A DNA stretch of 64,000 nucleotides from Eledone cirrhosa (lineage: Eukaryota), in contig OZ024747.1 of assembly GCA_964016885.1 (NCBI GenBank), positions 7,688,001 to 7,752,000 on the forward strand, given 5' to 3'. Below, in pieces: positions 60,501-64,000 of this stretch. Position 1 is the stretch's first letter. Each line of letters begins with the position of its first letter. The translations under genes were made by a program, and so were the position numbers. The notes under the pieces are model-generated. The model had not been told where the DNA came from, ran no database searches, and worked only from the letters and a program-made list of their open reading frames with translations.

Positions 60501-63500
60501 CTTGGAGACATCAATGAAACAAAGATGTGGTCATCCTTGTACTCTCTTGCTGAAAGCCAACTCCCTGTATGTCAATGTGTGTGCAGGTGTTTTTTGAGAT
60601 AATAGATATTTACATGATCAGGCTGTTTTGTTAATACTCTTTGGAATATCGAGTTATAAACTTGATATTCTAAGGAGTATTAAAATAGCATGATCTTACT
60701 GAGTACTTTCTTTTTGGCAATGACTACTTGTCTTTATCAACAGTTGTGTGTGTGTGTACACACATACCCATTTGATTATAGAAACGGCTTCCAGAGGATT
60801 AGAACTGTTTCATTCAAAAGAAACCACCAGGAAAGCTTTCCTGGTGGTTTCATTTCAATGTAACAGTCTAGTCTTGTACAAGCGTTTTCTATATTAAACT
60901 TGATGTTTATACTCTACTAATTAGTAGAGTATAAACACCTGATTGAACCTGGGACATACACACATATATATATGTCACATTGCCCAGTTATCTTCCTCTA
61001 TTCTCCCTGCATACCTTTCCTATGCCCCAATGTCATTCTTCTTTGTCTACCTGTTGGACTGCAGTCCATATTGTTTTTTTGTTTCTCTATTTCTCTCCTT
61101 TGGCTAATCCTTTATGCACCATTCTCACCTTTCTTTGTCAGCTGACGTACTTGGGATACTGTTTCATCTATATTTGTGCAGTTTGCCGAAAGGCATAACT
61201 TGTCCCGTTTTTGTCTCTACCTGTTTTATGTCCCAATGTACACTAAAATGAATGGTATCAACCTTAATGCTCCGAATCCTTAGTGATTTCCAGAAGTTGA
61301 CTGAGGTGGGGCCGTCCGTTTTTCTGCCCCCCCCCCCCCAATTCTTTGTCATGCACACTTTTTTTTTTTTTAATAGATAATATTCTAAAGACTTAGGCAT
61401 GCAGGCTTTTGTGTATATAGCAGGGAAGGCATACGTTAAAAGGGTGATATATCTCAAAGCTCCCGCAGCTGGTGCAGCCAGTCGGTGGGATGCCACCCAA
61501 GACATTTTACTGTGTGGTGTGTCTATCATGACATTTCACTGGACCTTAGAAATGTTTGGTAGTGCCCATCTCCTCTGCTAGCGTCCAATACTTCACTATA
61601 CTTAGCCTGTCAGTCAAAAGTGATAGTCAGGTGGGAACCAGCAAGCTATTCTCTCTACCTGAAAACCCGGTTTTGAAATAATATAATAGACACAACACAC
61701 ACATACAGAGAACGAGAGGTAATGTGCGCGTGAAAGAGAGGGGGATGAGGGAGACTGTTCCTTAGGTGTTACACATCAGCAATTTATACACAAAACAAAA
61801 TCTCCAACGAAACCACTGAGGTGGATTTAACCCTGCATCTATTATATTCCCATTGATGTACTCCTGTCAACAAAGTACATGTATGTGAATGAGAGCATAA
61901 GACCATTACTCATATGCTTACCTAAAATTCAACGTCCTAAGAGAACGGTGATAAATGTACTTACGTCACCTGTTGTGTAGCCCCAGGCCAGTTCTGATCA
62001 ATTAGAGCTACAATCAGGGGTCGTGCAGTCTTGACCATATCGTCTTTTTTTTTCCAGACATATATAAAATGTATACTATGCTTTTTTTTTTTTTTTTTTT
62101 TTTTCTTCCCTAAAGAAAAAATCTTGTGTATGAATGATTTCAGGAACATTTGACTGCTATTTTTAGCAGGGCAAGCGACCTCGTAGACGATCCGTCGTTG
62201 GCTCGATGTCACTTGTGTTGTTGTTTCTGTCTGTCTGTTTTCGTTCTTGTGTGTAATAGTTATGTAAAAGCTATGTAGAATTATGTGATTAGGTTGAGAT
62301 TAAATGAAACAATGGCCTAGTTAAATTATTTCTTCTCTCTCTTAGACACACACACATTAATTCATTCACTCACTCGCACTGACAGACACACACGCATACT
62401 GGCTGACTTATGGTGAAAAGAAGTGTTGTTAAACTGTCGATGACTAGTTCCGTTTAGGATATTGTAATGTCCTGATTGTTCAACTTTTAAATAGTCATTT
62501 TCTATATGCTTTATACAGTTGGTGTATGACGTTATGACGTAATTCACTTTCCCCTCTGGTATAGCTGTCTTCATTTTCTTTCACTTAGCCATCCTCGCTA
62601 AAATGTATTCGGAAATAGTTTGGTAGTAGACTGTTAGAAATGTATAGAGGCTCTGAGACACGGCCCCACCCCAGTCCGTTTTGCGACACCAGTTTCGATT
62701 TTTTTGCCTGGCTGGTGGCTATTTTCACTATATTTGGCGTGGTGGTTATGGCGAGGCCAGTGTTTATTTCTTCGTGTTGATTTGCCTACATATTTCTATA
62801 AAATCTTATGATATAAAAATGTGAAAGTAAATATAAAGAAAAACACTCGAAAACCCATGAAATGACATTTAACGAAGTAAGACCCGTGTTGATTAAAGCG
62901 AAACTAATTATTTTATGACATCTATTTTAGACAAATTTCAAGTTAAAATGTAACATTTATTCATAGAAGAAATTAGATTATAATTGTTTCTACTTTAGGC
63001 ACAAGGCCAGCAATAACCCAGTGCATTACTGGTACTTTATTTTATCGACCCCCCGTAAGGATGAAAGGTAAAGTCAACCTCGGCGGGATATTATAATGTG
63101 TTCAAGATTGTTGAATTTAATTTTCCACGTGTTTCTACGTCTCCCAATAGTCTGTGTATGAACACTAGTGGCTTGGTTCTATTAAATTGAGCAATTAGTT
63201 CACAACTTTATTACGTATGTTTCATTATCCAATCCTATATATGAAACCCAACCACCGAAGATTAAATATGTACCTTTGTAGAGATCTTCCGTGTAATAAC
63301 GACTGAAATGTACAATTTACTTTCATTTCTTTCTCAGTTATACATCATTTTCGTTTTCTCATTTGGTTTCATTTTGTGACACATATTTTACTTTGAATAT
63401 TTTAACATCGTAAAATGGTTTGGTCGCCCCCCCAACTGACATGATAAATCCCTTTCATTGATCCTGAGCAGAATCTAATTTTCGTCTCACTAGTGTTTTT

Positions 63501-64000
63501 TCTTCCTACGTGTGTGCCTATGTATATTTCCACTCGATGTAGATTTCTCACACCCACCTTTGATTCTTTACTTTGCTTTAAATACATGATTGTACTGTGT
63601 ATATATATAAGTTTCTCTAAATGTTTCAGTGAGTTTTTGTTCTAAGGTTTACTTTATTTTCAACCTGGCCTTTGTCATAAGCAACAATATTTACTTTTGC
63701 AGTTTTTATATTTACATTTTCCTTTTGTAATTTTAAGTAAACTGCACATTGATTCAACTTTTTTGTCTCGAGTTTGTCCTGGCTATATAGCTATAAAATG
63801 CATGTTCCCTATTGAAGTCTTAAGCTTGTGATTATTTTCAGTTTAACAATAAACTGCATATACACCAAATTGAAGTCTGCCCTAGCTATTACTATAAACT
63901 GAATTTTGCCCTAGCTATTACTATAAACTGTACGTCCCATGACCTGGGTATAGCTGACTATACAATCTGTATGTATCCAGTTGAAGCTATCTTTTGTAGA

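Overview
Eukaryotic, AT-rich genomic DNA dense in microsatellites and SINEs; the repeat landscape suggests an octopus/cephalopod (inference). The window holds the 3' ~80% of an eIF3a gene on + (17 exons, 1448-15370). A complete 11-exon RPP30 (RNase P/MRP p30) gene runs convergently on - (38459-18218, 305 aa) and has a U12-type intron. Nested antisense inside RPP30 intron 5 is an unrecognised 3-exon gene (23526-28872, 393 aa, one TM helix plus a PH-like segment). Non-coding highlights are two tandem H/ACA snoRNA-like copies in one eIF3a intron, a decayed copy of RPP30 exon 3 with a 20-bp microinversion in another eIF3a intron, a 13x44-bp minisatellite, and an intact-looking minimal hammerhead ribozyme plus degenerate relatives tied to Penelope-like foldback remnants. 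Mobile DNA includes a deleted piggyBac with derived MITEs, RTE/CR1 LINE relics and tRNA-derived SINEs. Beyond ~43 kb the sequence looks intronic/intergenic, with only a possible first exon at 43217. All calls were made by eye with no database searches.
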